This document shows, piece by piece, positions 49,495-49,711 of a stretch of 49,711 bases of DNA. Origin of the DNA: Armatimonadota bacterium (lineage in GTDB: Bacteria; Armatimonadota; UBA5829; DSUL01); NCBI GenBank assembly GCA_039811685.1, contig JBDHZC010000011.1, positions 1-49,711 on the forward strand, written 5' to 3'. Each line of letters begins with the position of its first letter. Position 1 is the stretch's first letter. The translations under genes and the position numbers were made by a program. The notes under the pieces were generated by a model, which saw nothing but the letters and a program-made list of their open reading frames with translations, was not told where the DNA came from and searched no databases.

Positions 49495-49604
49495 CATATG
49501 CGGATGAAGGCGTTGCACGGCAGCATAATCGCAGCCCGAGTTTGACATAGAGAGTCCGCAGCATCTGAGGTTGGGAAATCTGGAGGCGTGAAAATATTCG
49601 ATCT

Positions 49605-49711
49605 TCACGGCAGGGAGTCCCCTCCAGGCAGGTCTGCCCAGCGAGGAGTGTACACCTGCGTGCGGCCGCTCTTCAGCCAGCGCACCATCACGCTTTGCGG
49701 GGGAACGGTGG
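49605..49711 (-). CDS. 3' end of a minus-strand gene entering from outside the window
   Basis: Open frame ...VMVRWLKSGRTQVYTPRWADLPGGDSLP* stops 10 nt from the repeat end. Confidence 0.35.
   Translation of the reverse strand, partial: TVPPQSVMVRWLKSGRTQVYTPRWADLPGGDSLP

Larger units (their letters stand above)
48132..49555 (+). mobile_element. IS110-family insertion sequence (bridge recombinase element)
   Basis: CC core on both sides (48130-48131, 49556-49557); sub-terminal IR ATGTCA/TGACAT; removing the element restores the repeat. Confidence 0.95.
48036..49594. repeat. REPIN-like long palindrome (A-C-C'-A') split by IS110
   Basis: Left TTTTCATCCCTCCAGGTTTCCCAACCT...ATGCTGCGGGAAT; right ATTCCC|GCAGCAT CTG AGGTTGGGAAATCTGGAGGCGTGAAAA. 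Confidence 0.88.

Overview
GC-rich bacterial chromosomal segment; the gene repertoire is reminiscent of Armatimonadota, which is inference only. The core is housekeeping and metabolic: a YtrA/GntR-ABC operon, fba, DeoR, lysine aminotransferase-like, fused E1 dehydrogenase, acsE-metF-metV, an FNR/DNR-box DUF59/DUF2249 operon, CheB-like/PilB, modAB, pckG, serC and a polysaccharide locus. A small M.EcoRI-like MTase plus DUF262-HNH island is also present. Both ends (1-1055 and 44496-49594) carry an unnamed family of composite palindromic repeats that separate single, co-oriented accessory genes. The main result is a complete IS110 element (48132-49555, CC core duplicated) inserted in one of these palindromes. 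Its left end encodes a bridge RNA whose four guide segments can be read directly: they match the repeat target GTCATTC-CC-GCAGC and the element's own donor junction AGAGAGT-CC-TATAT. The circle junction would create a TTGACA-N17-CATTAT promoter, and the handshake bases favour the product. A second, 65-nt remnant of the same IS sits at the same CC in another repeat copy (732-796).
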